In this document: one piece after another, positions 38,171-50,649 of the stretch | Position numbering within the stretch: position 1 is the stretch's first letter | How the letters are laid out: each line of letters opens with the position of its first letter | Assembly (NCBI RefSeq): GCF_016433145.1 | Contig: NC_058130.1 | Span: forward strand, 596,459,840-596,523,839 | Source of the DNA: Gracilinanus agilis | Lineage: Eukaryota | Reading direction: 5' to 3' | Length of the DNA: 64,000 bases | Position numbers and translations under genes: made by a program | The notes under the pieces: model-generated | Seen by the model: only the letters and a program-made list of their open reading frames with translations | What the model was told of the DNA's origin: nothing | Databases searched by the model: none

Positions 38171-39122
38171 TTTTTTTTAATACTAGAAAAATTTACCAAT
38201 GATGTATTTTCTTCTCCTGTGTCTCTCTATTCACTGAGAAAACAAGCAAGGAAAAAAGAAGAAAGAGAGAGAAAGTTAAGGTCAAGAGAAGAAAAGAAAG
38301 AGAAAGAAAATAGAAAAAAGAAAAAGAGGGGAAGGAAGGAAGGGGGGAGTAAGAAGAGAGAGAAAAGAAGAGAAAAAAAGGAAGAGAGGGAGTGGGAGAA
38401 AAATGTAGGGGATAAAAAGGAACCCTTGTATCACGTAAGCACAGTCAAGCAAAACCATTTCCCAGATTGTCCATGTCCAAAAATTGATTTCTCATTCTGA
38501 ATATCAACCCTTCATCTCTCTGTTGTGAGTTTGGCAGTGTTCTGGTTTTTTTTTCCTTAAAGCCTTTCTCCTAATAAGTACACAATCTAACTTTACAGAT
38601 AAGGCCATGAACCCAGAAGCAGGGAAGAGGTGCAGAACTAAGAGCAAATAAATTTGGAGAGGTTCCTCACCAGAACATTAGTGATTATATGTCTGAATTA
38701 TTATCATGTTCATTGTAATTGGGACCTGGTCAGTGGGATCCTTAATCTCAGAGTATGTTGAATGAATTTTGCCTGCTTCTTGCTCCTTGCTCATGGAATA
38801 ATGGTGAATAATTCGAAGCATACACAGGATGTATTCTGATGGTTTTTGATTGTCTTGCCACCTCAGGAAGATGAATCTTTTGTTGCTTAGCCAGACCCCT
38901 GCCTTTGTATACTAAGGCTGGATGACCACTTGTCAGGTATGATTCAGTGGGGATACCTTTGTGTATGAGTTGTTTTAGATGTCGGCTAAGACTGATTCCA
39001 ATTCTAAAATTTTGTGATTCCATATGAACTGATGGAGAGTTGAGTAAGCAGAGACAGAAGAATAATATACACAATGGCTGAAATAATGTAAACAGAAAAA
39101 AAAACATTAAAAGAGAGGTAGA

Positions 39123-39310
39123 GGGGGCAGCTGGGTAGCTCAGTGGAGTGAGAGCCAGGCCTAGAGACAGGAGGTCCTAGGTTCAAACCCGGCCTCAGCC
39201 ACTTCCCAGCTGTGTGACCCTGGGCAAGTCACTTGACCCCCATTGCCTACCCTTACCAATCTTCCACCTATGAGACAATACACCGGAGTACAAGGGTTTA
39301 AAAAAAAAGA
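39123..39310 (+). mobile_element. Young SINE1_Mdo-type SINE
   Basis: ggggcagctgggtagctcagtgg head, retained CpGs and A-tail. TSD agagaggtaga at 39112-39122 and 39313-39323. Confidence 0.92.
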
Positions 39311-40171
39311 GAGAGAGAGGTAGAATTGGAATGATATACATCTTGGTCCAAGGGAAAGAACCCTTGTATCACGTAATTGCTAAAACACAAGTCCCTGCTT
39401 TTCTTAGAGATGAGGGCTCTAGATGCAGAAGGATGCATATGGTATTAGATGAGTTACCTGTTTTAGTTTGCTTGTCTTAATGGTCTTATTTGTTAAAATG
39501 GAGGATTCATGAATAGAGAATGGGGTAGAGTATTTTGGGAAACAGCACAAACAACTTAAAGGATATAAAACTTTAAAAAATAAAATAAATGGGATCAATA
39601 TAATAAATAAATGGAATCAGTATTCTTAAAAAAAGAGAGAGGACTTCATAGTTTCTATCATGTCTTCTAGATTTATATTGATGGCTACTGCTAAGGTTAA
39701 GGAGAGAATAAAGATATCACCTCAATCACAGGTGTAATGGCAAATCTCATCATTGTAAAGGTCACTCCAGTGCTAGATTGTAGGCTACTTGAGAGTGAAG
39801 ATTATTTATTTTTTGTCTTTATAATCCCAATACATATCCCGGTGCTTAGAATAAAGTAGATACTAAATAAAATTTGTTGACTGATTGATATGTTCTTTAA
39901 AGGATTGCATTTACAAGAAAGGCAGATAGGAACCCAGTTTTCCCTTGAATAGCAAAAGCAATCTGAAATTTTCCTACTCATTGGGGCCAATCACCTATTT
40001 TTTCTTTACCTGTAGGAAGAAAGCTTAGCAAGTCATTTAATCTTTAAGAATTTCAAGGAAATAGATTCTTTACTTATTAATGCAATCACTTCCAACTTGA
40101 GTAAACATCTTAAAAAAAAAGAAGACATAACAGCTTTTTAACCATTGCCAAAACATTAGTTTGAATGGCTG

Positions 40172-40207
<36 letters not shown>

Positions 40208-40260
40208 CTTGGCAGAGTGTACATAAACATACAATGCCTTGCTTAAATATTCATAGTCTC

Positions 40261-40512
40261 NNNNNNNNNNNNNNNNNNNNNNNNNNNNNNNNNNNNNNNN
40301 NNNNNNNNNNNNNNNNNNNNNNNNNNNNNNNNNNNNNNNNNNNNNNNNNNNNNNNNNNNNNNNNNNNNNNNNNNNNNNNNNNNNNNNNNNNNNNNNNNNN
40401 NNNNNNNNNNNNNNNNNNNNNNNNNNNNNNNNNNNNNNNNNNNNNNNNNNNNNNNNNNNNNNNNNNNNNNNNNNNNNNNNNNNNNNNNNNNNNNNNNNNN
40501 NNNNNNNNNNNN
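40261..40512. other. Assembly gap (252 N)
   Basis: Direct reading. Confidence 1.
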
Positions 40513-43500
40513 GCATATTTACTGCGCTTGCAATCTTCTTCATCCAGAAACAGGGAATGCATTACAGAAATAGCCATTTTGTGAACTCTAAAGTGAAAAA
40601 TTAAATAGTATAAGATGGATCCTGACAAAACCTATGCAGCTTTTCATTTGGAATAACAGTTGTCTAGAAAGCTGAAGCTTTCATATTGAGAGCCCCATGA
40701 AGGCTCTGAGAGAAAAATACATGATATAACTGTCAAAGTAAAGGAAAACTTTTTCTGTTTTCCTTTCCTTTTCTTTTAGAAGCTCAGGGAAACTAGGGAA
40801 ATTAAATAATTCATGGTCTCCAGCTGGGTGTGGGAGCAGCATAAGAGCCTTTCTGAATATCATTCCCCAGTTGCCAACACTGACAGGCTTGTTATAAATT
40901 GTGGGTATCTGTGGTGGGGAGCAGTGCCTGCCCACATGGATAACACTGCCAAATGCCAATATTCAGGTCTCCCCATTCCTCTCTCCTGAGCTTTTCAATC
41001 CTAATCTCCTCCATGTACAGGAAATGGCTATTATTTCTTTACCTAGGGCTCTGACTTCACAGGCAAAATGAAGTAGAGGTATGATTTCTAACCTGATAAT
41101 TTAGGCAAAACCAAACCAAACCCTATTATGAAATTTTTGGAAGGGGGTGGGATTAATTTAGCAAACAATTAAATCATAATCAATCTTTCTCTTTCCCCTT
41201 TCCCTCCCCCTTCCTCCACTTGTCCTCTTTTTTCATCATGGGAAATATGGGATCTCTGAAGTAGAATATTTTACTTTATTTTTCAAGGTATGAATTGTGC
41301 CTCTCAAGAAGAAAGATTGGCATTTTTATAAACCTTCACTCAAATGAATGCTAGCCTTTAATGTTCAACTATGGTTTTTTGACCTGATATAAGCAGTGGC
41401 AGTGAGGGTCATGATGTGATGGTGTCTCAGGGATACTGAGTCCATTTCTAGGGAAGCTATGGAGGGAGGTAGAGGGGAGCATATTTATAAAGGGGTTTCA
41501 GGGGCACAGCATATTATAGGACACTGAGAAACAAATACTGGGACAAATATTGGTTATGGAGGAGGGGAAAGAGTTCCCTGGATTCTGTTGGGTGAAGGAG
41601 CTCACCTCTGAAACTTCCTAATTATTTCCTATAATTAGTTAAGTTACTCTTGTCAATTGAGTGGTAAACTCCGTTGTTCTTATGTAACTAAGGATTCCAA
41701 ATACTGTTAGTGTCCTCTGAGTTTTAGTACCCAAGAACAAAGTCCCACTTGCTCTATCCTAGTTACCTCTTTGCTGACCTTCAAAGCAGTCCCTAGCAAG
41801 GAAAATGCTTAATTCAAAGATGTTACTATCACTCCAAATATGTCTGGAGCTGGCTTTGAAAGATATATGAGTTACACAGGAAAATCAGTATCATTACTTG
41901 ATAGCCCCATCTTGTATTAGGCTTTAGAAAGTCAAGCAAGAGGCTTTATTAGACACAGTCCTCAAAATGACTTTACTCTAAGCATGTAAACAAGAAGCAA
42001 GGACAAAATATGCCATGCTTTTCTTATAATGAACAGAATCTCTGCTTTCCCATTATCAGGGTTATGACATAAGAATGCAATTGTTTTTTTTTTTAAATCA
42101 ATAGCTGAGCATTGTCTTCTGTGTGTCTCAATGCTGCTGAGTAATATAGAATTATGACAAATGGAATGAACCCTTGGCCTTCTCAACCATACTTTTAGCA
42201 GAACCAACTCGCTTTAAAAAAAGAAGCCTGAAAAAAGACACAATCTGACATTTGGTTGACAGTGATTTTAATTGAACTTAATCTGGTCAACAGAGAAAAA
42301 TAGGTAAAACACTCAACGAACCCAATTCCATGAAATATTATATATTTCTGTGAATGATAGTAACCTGCAGGGACACTGTGATGCTAAAGATGGAGTCCAA
42401 TTTCTAAGGTTATTTGGCTGAGTGACTGAAAGAAATCGAGTTGACCCCTTGTAGCTTGTGAGAAAAAAAAGCACATAAAATCATTATGCTCAGTTAAAAT
42501 GCTTATCAAGTGTTCAGAAAAAAAAGGTTTGGGTCTTTAAGAGGATGACCAAAAATCAATCATAAAAATACCAGAAATTTGATAACTGGCTATGCTACAT
42601 ACCTGGAATGCTCTTCCGCCTCACCTACATTACATAGAATCCCTTACTTCTTTCATGTGTTAGCTCACTGCTACCTCTTGCCCTGATTACTGTAGGTGGC
42701 CCTCCTCTTTATACTACCTTATATTTATTTTATATGAATTTTTACTATATACATATATATGTAGATTCACGTGTAAATACATATTTTTTCCCTCTAGAGA
42801 AAGTAAGTTTCTTGAAAGTGAGGATTTTTCCATATTTGTCTTAGTATGGTCAAGACCTAGGGTGGTACCTGGTGTCTACTAAGCATTTAACAAATGTTTG
42901 TTGATTGATCAATTAATTAACATACTAATTTAATTAAAAATAACCCACATTATTAGCTTTGAGTATCAAAAAATGGGTCAAGGAATATAATCACCAAAAT
43001 ACCTACTAAAATTCATATTTTTTATTTAATTAAAATCATTAAACATCTATTAAGCACCCACTATATGTCAATCACTGTGCTAAGCAGTAGGGTACAAAAG
43101 AGGCAAAAGATAGTCCTTGTCCTCAAGGAATTTATAATCTAAAGGTATAGTAGTTTGAGGTTTACAAAGTACTTTCTCTAACCCAATAAAGTAGTTGGTT
43201 GAGTTATTATCAGATTCATTTTATGGAGGAAGAAATTAAAGCACAGAGATGTGAAAGTTATTTGCTTTAACATGGCTAGGAAATGTGATTTTTGATTTAA
43301 ATTCAAATGAAATTTTTGATTTAAACCCAGATCTTCTATCTCAAGAAGATGACTCCTATGTTTTTTTTGCCCATGTATACAAGGGAATTTTTAAATTTCC
43401 ATTTGGGAAAATACAGTATGAGACCAAATGTTTTTTGGAGGCTTTCTTTAATTAATCAAAATGAGGAAAGGTAGATAGGGAAGAAAAGATCATGAAAGGC

Positions 43501-44258
43501 AGCAGCTGGAACTTTTGTTATTCTGACCATCATTAGAACCAAAATGCTGCTCTAGGAAACTGAGCTCTATATCTAATCAATTAACTTAATTAGTATATAT
43601 AAGGAATGTAAAAGGCAGGTTTCATGTGGTTAAGGCAGTAACTAGTTATAAGCCAGGGCAGGGATTTTATAACACAAAGGAAAATGGAATACTGGCACTT
43701 TTGATACCAAGGAAAGATTTAGAGGCTATTTGCCACCTCAGATTAAGTTAAGCAGTGATTGAGTGCAATTTTAGGTTGTACTTAGGTGTTCTTTTTCTTT
43801 TAGATATTGCTATAGATTATGTTTCATATAAAGACTAATAAAATTTCATATGCCTATTTAATAAAGTGGTCCATCCTATCTCTGTTTTCTCAAAGACTAG
43901 TAATTCTTCCCCTTTATTGGGTTCTATCAAATGTGGAGAGAGGCATCAAGTACAAGCCAAACAATGAGATTGTCTAATTATTGTCATAGGACCAGCACAG
44001 TTAACTTTGGAGAGGATTATAATCAAAGATTGAAAGCCAACTGATTATTTTTTTAACCTCAAAATTCATTAAAGTATTTACTAATAGAGTTGTAATTGAG
44101 ACCAGTCAAGAGAGCTAACCTTATTAATGAAATTACTGATTCTTGAAATGATGAAATGTTGAAGTAAGTTTAAATTTATACGAAAAATACAATTGAACTA
44201 TATTAATCATTTACCCATTAGAATGTAAACTTCTTGAGGGAGGGGACTCTTGCTTTTT

Positions 44259-44453
44259 TTTTTTTTAAATTTTTTTTAAACCCTTAACTTCTGTGTATTG
44301 ACTTATAGGTGGAAGATTGGTAAGGGTAGGCAATGGGGGTCAAGTGACTTGCCCAGGGTCACACAGCTGGGAAGTGTCTGAGGTCAGATTTGAACCTAGG
44401 GCCTCCAGTCTCTAGGCCTGGCTCTCAATCCACTGAGCTACCCAGCTGCCCCT
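44259..44453 (-). mobile_element. Young SINE1_Mdo-type SINE inserted in an L2 terminus
   Basis: 16-bp TSD gggactcttgcttttt at 44243-44258 and 44454-44469. Confidence 0.93.
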
Positions 44454-44589
44454 GGGACTCTTGCTTTTTGTCTTCCTAGTGTGACAACAGTGTCTTGGAC
44501 ATAGTGGTTGCTTCATAAATGTTTTTCGTTGTTGTTGATTGTTCCTTTTAATTATCTACATCTGAAGTAGGACTACTTGTTAGGCCTTT

Positions 44590-44788
44590 TATTTTTAACT
44601 CTTATCTTTCTTCTTAGAATTGATACTGTGTATTAGTTCAGAGACAGAAGAGTAGTAAAGGCTAGGCAATGGGGGTTAAGTGGCTTGCCCAGGGTCATAC
44701 AGCTATGAAGTGTCTGAGGCCAGATTTGAACCCAGTACTCCGCATCTTTAGGTCTGCCTCTCAATCCACTGATCTACCTAGCTGTCCC
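44590..44788 (-). mobile_element. Older SINE1_Mdo-related SINE
   Basis: ttagaattgatactgtgtatt...ggctaggcaatgggggttaag...ccactgatctacctagctgtccc. Confidence 0.8.
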
Positions 44789-45284
44789 CAGTTCCAAGTT
44801 CTTTTACACAAGTTGCAACATTAGCATTAACTTCCTGAATTACAGATTTTTTTAAAATTCTTTCAGGAGTTTTATTATATCATATATTCACATATTTGCT
44901 ATATAATATATGATTTCTTTTATGTACAATGATTGATCCTCTAAGATAGTTATACCAAGGCAATCTGTAACAATCCCTTCCCCCCCCCCCCCCAGCCAAA
45001 CCTAATTCAGAGGACATTAAGTGCTACTTAATGAAATTCATCCTTCCTGGTCAAAGGTATATTGGGGTTTCATCATTTGTTTGCATTTGGGGAACAGTGC
45101 CATTGAGGAAGTAACTTGGCACAGAGGGCATATCTGGCAAATATAAGCCTATTTTGGTGATGGAAATGTCACATAGCTATAGCATTTTTCAGTGTATGTA
45201 TCTATATTCTGTAGGATTACATGAGGTAAACAGGTCTGTAGGGACGGAGCCACTGATTGTCTTCATTTGAAGCAAGTGCCATAA

Positions 45285-45470
45285 AGTTCAGTCTGGAATC
45301 ATAAAGATTCATTTTCCTGAGTTTAAATCTAGCCTCAGACACTTAGTAGTTGTGTGATCCTGGTCAAGTCACCTAACCCTATTTGTCTCAGTTTCCTCAT
45401 CTCTAAAATGAGCTGGAAAAGTAAATGGCGAACCATTCCAGTATCTTTGCCAAGAAAACCCCCAATCAGG
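45285..45470 (+). mobile_element. MAR1-type CORE-SINE
   Basis: CORE plus ttccagtatctttgccaagaaaacccc tail. Confidence 0.8.
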
Positions 45471-46300
45471 CTACAGTGTAAGAAACCTGAAAAACTTGAG
45501 AAATAACATAAAAAACCTTGAATTGCTATATACATTGGTTATTCTTCTTATAACTAATAGAGTTTGTCAAAATGAAAGCAATTTTATCCTATTGCTAAAG
45601 TGCCACACAGATATATCCATATACCACATATTTTTTCATTGTTCTCAATTGTCATTGCTTTCATTAGGTGACACTCTTAAAACAACTAGACCATGTTATC
45701 ACTCAATGTATGCTATTGGGAGCATATTTCTACTACTAACTCCAATGATGGAGGGCAGATGTTACATGCCCTTAAATTCACCTTCTACAAAACTATTATA
45801 GGCACACACAAATCTCTACATTTTATCTTAAGGTAATTATAGTCTCCTCAGAAATCCATGGACTAAAATACCTAAGCCTTTAGAATAAGGGAAAAATTGG
45901 GCCTGAAAGCATTTGTATTTCTTAAGGCAGAATTTCATCACTCCCATTATGTCTTTTTTGTGAATGAAGACAAGGGGAAGATGAAATTTACAGAGATTTG
46001 TAAGTCCCTTTCCATTATTTTAATCACAATGGTAGCTTCATTTACAGTGCCTCAGTATTTACAAAGTTCTTTACATACTCTTGTAACCAGACGCACAAAG
46101 CCTATTTGCATAAGATTCTCCTCATTGGTTGGATATTGATTACTCAGTGCACCATGTGAATGAAGACTTGAACTGGTGAGAGCTTGGGAAGAGAGAGATA
46201 CTGGTTTTCTGACCTCTATCCTCAAGAAAAGAGATATTCATTCACTGAAAGGAGAGAAAGACTTTGAATGGAAGGCATATAGAAGAGACAGCATCTAGAT

Positions 46301-46470
46301 CAGGGGTTGGCAACGTATGGCTCTTTCTGCATGAGCCACAAAGTCAATTTTTTTTTTTCAGGCGCTGTTACAGGAACGCGCACTGTGAGCACTGTATGAC
46401 TCTCACGAAATTACATTTTAAAAAATGTGGGGCTTATGGCTCTCACGGCCAAAAAGGTTGCCAACCCCTG
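46301..46470. mobile_element. hAT MITE (170 bp), family shared with 52473-52639
   Basis: Perfect 14-bp TIRs caggggttggcaac / gttgccaacccctg and perfect 8-bp TSD atctagat. Confidence 0.95.
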
Positions 46471-47566
46471 ATCTAGATCATATATATCTCTTCTTTCCTT
46501 ATCGCAGGAGGGACTTGGAATTTCGGATGCAGCTCTCCCTCTTGATTAAGCTGAGATATCCCTCTCCCAGTGGGAAAATTTGTATCACTTCATTTTCTAT
46601 TTTCTATTAGCTTAGATAAATACTTGTATTTGTTATTATTTCCTATGTGATCTTTGAAAAACTGGTATTTGATGGGAAAGGAGTCAGACCTTGGGACTAT
46701 AGCTTGGGACAGTGCTTCCCTTTTAAGGGAAAACAATAAGAAATGTAGTTTGAGCCTAAAAAAATCTTTTAGATTAATATTATTTTTGAGAGTGGATAAG
46801 TATAATTCTGGACCAGTCCCTCTTCTCTGAGAAAAGCAGGGTAGACTGCCTTATGGTCCCAGTTTCCAGCTTTCCTCTTGGTAGAAATCAGTCTCTATTA
46901 AAGAATGGTAGATAGAAGAGACAATAGAATTATCTATTTATGCTTCCCTTTGAGCCGCATCTAGACAGACCTATGTGTGATGTATTTATCATAGTCATTA
47001 TGTTCTATATTGTCAGATAGTGGCAGAGGAACATGATTGCTTGCCCCATGGGTAATGGTGCTAAGGAACAAGGTTAGAGCTGCTATTAGTCAACTGGTGA
47101 GATATGGCTAGACCAATATTCATCTGAAAAAATATCTGGGGGTTTTACTGAACTATAAGCTCAGCATAAGTCAATAATTTGACTTACAGACCTATGGAGG
47201 GTGTATGAAATTTGTCATCATGGGAAACTTGCTCCACCAATGCAGATCCTAACTTTCCTATGACTTAGTGGGCAAGTCCTAGGAATTTGACTTGCGATTA
47301 GTGATTATTTAAATTTAGGCCTTTTTGACTGGAAGTCCAGTACTCTCTCCACTATACCATACTTCCTTGATCAAGTAAGTAGTTATTCAAGGAGGACTAA
47401 CATCTTTGCTGTGAGTACTTGCCAAAACTTTTTAGGACTGTTCACACCCTTTGGGTGTTCACCTCTCACTCAATTCTCATCTGTGGTTCCAAAGAACTGT
47501 ACAATAATAGGCCATCTTTGCAGATGAACTAAAGTAGGTTGAAGGTAACCTAATTCATTGGTGAGT

Positions 47567-47740
47567 TAGAGAAATGTCTACCCCCAAGTGTGTGAAGACT
47601 TGTAGAATGTGTATATAAGAACAATTTGTTCCTATTGCCATGAAGGTGGCTGAAGCAGGCCTATGTAACACTTAGAGCTTGGTCAGATGTTTTAAGATAT
47701 CAAGGTCATCTACCACATACCAGGCTACCACCAGTCATCT
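47567..47740 (+). mobile_element. WALLSI4-like SINE fragment
   Basis: Reverse-complement match to part of 4393-4905 (gagttagag..atgtctacccc, agagcttggtcagat, caaggtcatc). Confidence 0.65.
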
Positions 47741-47794
47741 GTGGGTTCTTTCTCTTTTCCTTGCTCATTTTTATTTATTTTTTTTAAATTTTAG

Positions 47795-49855
47795 TGGCTG
47801 CTGAAGGACTGGGGCTCAATCAGCTGTGGTTACCCCACAAGAGTATAGTCCCAGGCTATTGCCAAAGGAGAAGGTAGACTGCATACAGTTACTATAGAAG
47901 AACTTACCAAGGGTTTTGGTTGGTCAGTTCTTGCACTGTAACTATGCAGATAGTCCATGTTTCTCAGACCTCCAAAGTCCTTCATTTGTTAATAATAAGG
48001 TTTGAATTCCTGCCCAAAGGACCTGGCACCAAGAGACTCTGTGGTATCCACTCCTTTGGCTCTTAGTTGTGGACCAGCAAGGATCTTTGGAGCTGAAGCT
48101 ACAGCAGACACAGCTGTTCCCAAGGTTCTCCACCTAGGGATTCATTTAGCATCCTTGGGGATGCAAGCTTTGGGCCAGTTTTTGGTCCTGGGTCAGATGT
48201 ATTCCTGATCCCCACTGCCTGGAGTTTGAGTAGGGGACCAGGAATGCATCTGATCCTGGACTATAAAACTGGAATAATTAAATACAATCAGGAAAAAACA
48301 AATGCAAAAAATCCTCAAACCTGAGGCAACATGCCCTACCCCTTTGGGAACTATGGGACTCTCTATTGGCCTGGCAACTAAAATTCAAAGTAAATAAATA
48401 AAAATGGGCAAGCAAAAGTAAAAAGAGCCTACCTATTGTTTGATATTATAGGGACAGAAAAGACGTTGGCTCAAAGTCAGAAGACACCTACTTGAAAAAC
48501 AGCAGAGAAATACAATAAATGGTCACAAACTCAAAAAGGACTTTTGGAAGAGCTTCAAAAAGAGCTTAAAAAACAAGAGAAGTTGAGGAAAATTAGAAAA
48601 ATTATAAAAGAAATATCATACCAATAGAAAAAGTGATATGGAAACTTATGGAAGAAAATAATGTATGAAGAAATAGAATTAGATAAGGGGAAACTAATGA
48701 TTTCATAAGACAACAAAAATAATAAAACAAAACCAAAGGAATGAAATAATCGATGAGAATATGAAACATCTTATCATAAAAACAACTGACCTGGAAAGCA
48801 AATCAAGGAGAGACAATAATGAATAGTTGGACTCCCAGAAAGTTAAAATTTTTAAAAAGAGTCTAGATAACACATTCCAAGAAATTAACAAGGAAACTTC
48901 CCAGAAATACTAGAATCAGAAGGTTAAATAGTAACTGAAAAAATCCACTGATCACCACCTCAAAGAAAGCTAAAGATGAAAATGCATGAGAACATTATTG
49001 CTTATGTACTGTAGTTCCAAAGTTAAGGAGAAAATTCTATAAGCAACAAGAAAAAAAGACAATTTTTTTGTCTTTTAGAACTGCAATCAGAATAGCACAA
49101 GACTTAGCAGCCACAACATTAAAAGAATACAGGATGTGGAACACAGCATTTTGTAGACCAAAAGAACTGAGCTTACAAGTAAGAATATATCCAGCAAAGA
49201 TGGGCATAATTATAAAAGGTAACATGTCAAACTTTAACAAACTAAAGGAGTTCCAACTATTCTTTGGAGGGAAACCTGAACTCAGTAGAAAATTTGATCA
49301 ATTAAAATATGTAAAGGTTATGAAAGACTAATCACAAGCAACTCAAAAAGTCAAAGTATTTGATTCCTGCATGAGAAAATGTTATTTATGACCCCTGGGA
49401 ATGGCATCATTGCTTGGATATTTTGCAGTGATATGAATGGATGGAAAACTTGTGCCCAAAGTGAATCTAATGGAATGAGCCAAAATGGTAGTAGAATAGA
49501 TGAAGAGGAGGTAGGCTGGAACGGCTATCTTATATGGAGGAGGAACTATCAGATAGAAGGGGAAGAAGAGGTGAAGGGCTGATAGTAATAGAACACTACT
49601 TTCATCAGATCTGAAATAAATTGAGAACAACATACAGAATTAGATGGGTAAACATATTCTTAATATGGAGAGAAACAGGAGGGAAGGGGATATGGAAAAA
49701 GAGATGGACTGGGAGTCCCCTTGGGGGACTGAGGTGATAAGAGAAGAAAAGGTAGGATAAAAGAAAGGAGGGAAAGGGGATAAGTAAAGGAAGGGATAAG
49801 AGGGATATTAGGGGAGTACATATCAAGAAGTATTGGGTGTTACAATAAAGAGAGC
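47795..49855 (+). mobile_element. L1 5' half: 5' UTR, degraded ORF1 (about 48403-49331) and inter-ORF spacer
   Basis: ORF 49068+ (AIRIAQDLAATTLKEYRMWNT...YPAKMGIII...KPELSRKFD) matches the L1 ORF1p C-terminal domain. Confidence 0.85.
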
Positions 49856-50013
49856 NNNNNNNNNNNNNNNNNNNNNNNNNNNNNNNNNNNNNNNNNNNNN
49901 NNNNNNNNNNNNNNNNNNNNNNNNNNNNNNNNNNNNNNNNNNNNNNNNNNNNNNNNNNNNNNNNNNNNNNNNNNNNNNNNNNNNNNNNNNNNNNNNNNNN
50001 NNNNNNNNNNNNN
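49856..50013. other. Assembly gap (158 N)
   Basis: Direct reading. Confidence 1.
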
Positions 50014-50649
50014 TCCAGCACTCCCCTGGGACTGTATATACACTGGGAGACTCATGCTTCCCCTCAGGAGTTGGGGCAAGGCTTCCCTATCAGAGGAAGT
50101 ATGGTGTTCCCCAATCCTATTCTGAATAACGACAGGGTTCACACAAACCTCCCCCCATCAGTTAATTTCACAGTAGGTGGTCTGTCTTCAAGATGGAGGC
50201 AACCAGACCAATCTGTGGTTCCTCTCTCCCTCATTGTCTCTCAGGCACTCTGGCATGCTATCTGACTGATGAATGGCTTTTATTATTTGCAATTCAGGGA
50301 TTTGGGGAAGGGGTGAAGGGCAGAGGGATTTTAGGGTTGCCCTCTTCACTATTGCTATGGGGTCTGTCACTTGGGTGGGATACCTAGTGGTTCCTACACC
50401 TAAGCTCCTCCCTTCACTCCTTCTCCTTCTGTTTCTATTTCTATCCTTTTCTATAATTGTAAGGTTTGACTGAAAAAAAGGGTCTCTCAGCAAGGTTGGG
50501 AATGGGAGAAGGCGACTAAGAAATTGCTCCCAAAATGGAGTCCAAACTTAGCTGACTCGATGATTGAAGTCATGGGTGAGATGCAAAGGAATGGTTTTGA
50601 TCGGGAAAGGTGGATAGAATAAGAATTAAAAGTTAAGGGGGAAGGGACA
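50014..50649 (-). mobile_element. ERV LTR-like insertion (truncated by gap) inside L1
   Basis: Minus strand starts TGtcccttcccc at 50649, directly against L1 ORF2 sequence, and has aataataaaagcc (about 50275-50287). GC-richer than its flanks. Confidence 0.65.

Noticed and set aside
1669-38500. Longest non-L1 ORFs (1669+, 6366+, 15789+, 15889-, 35504-, 35586-, 38219+)
   Set aside because: They are translations of CT/GA microsatellite and low-complexity tracts, with S/L/P or E/R/K repeats, not genes.
40165-40628. ORFs of 113-139 aa crossing the first gap (also 49605-50142 at the second)
   Set aside because: They are open only because N runs contain no stop codons.
50014-50230. tRNA primer-binding site after the LTR-like poly(A) signal (minus strand tggtctggttgcc)
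   Set aside because: It is not complementary to any tRNA 3' end I can recall, so a proviral 5' LTR-PBS junction is unsupported.
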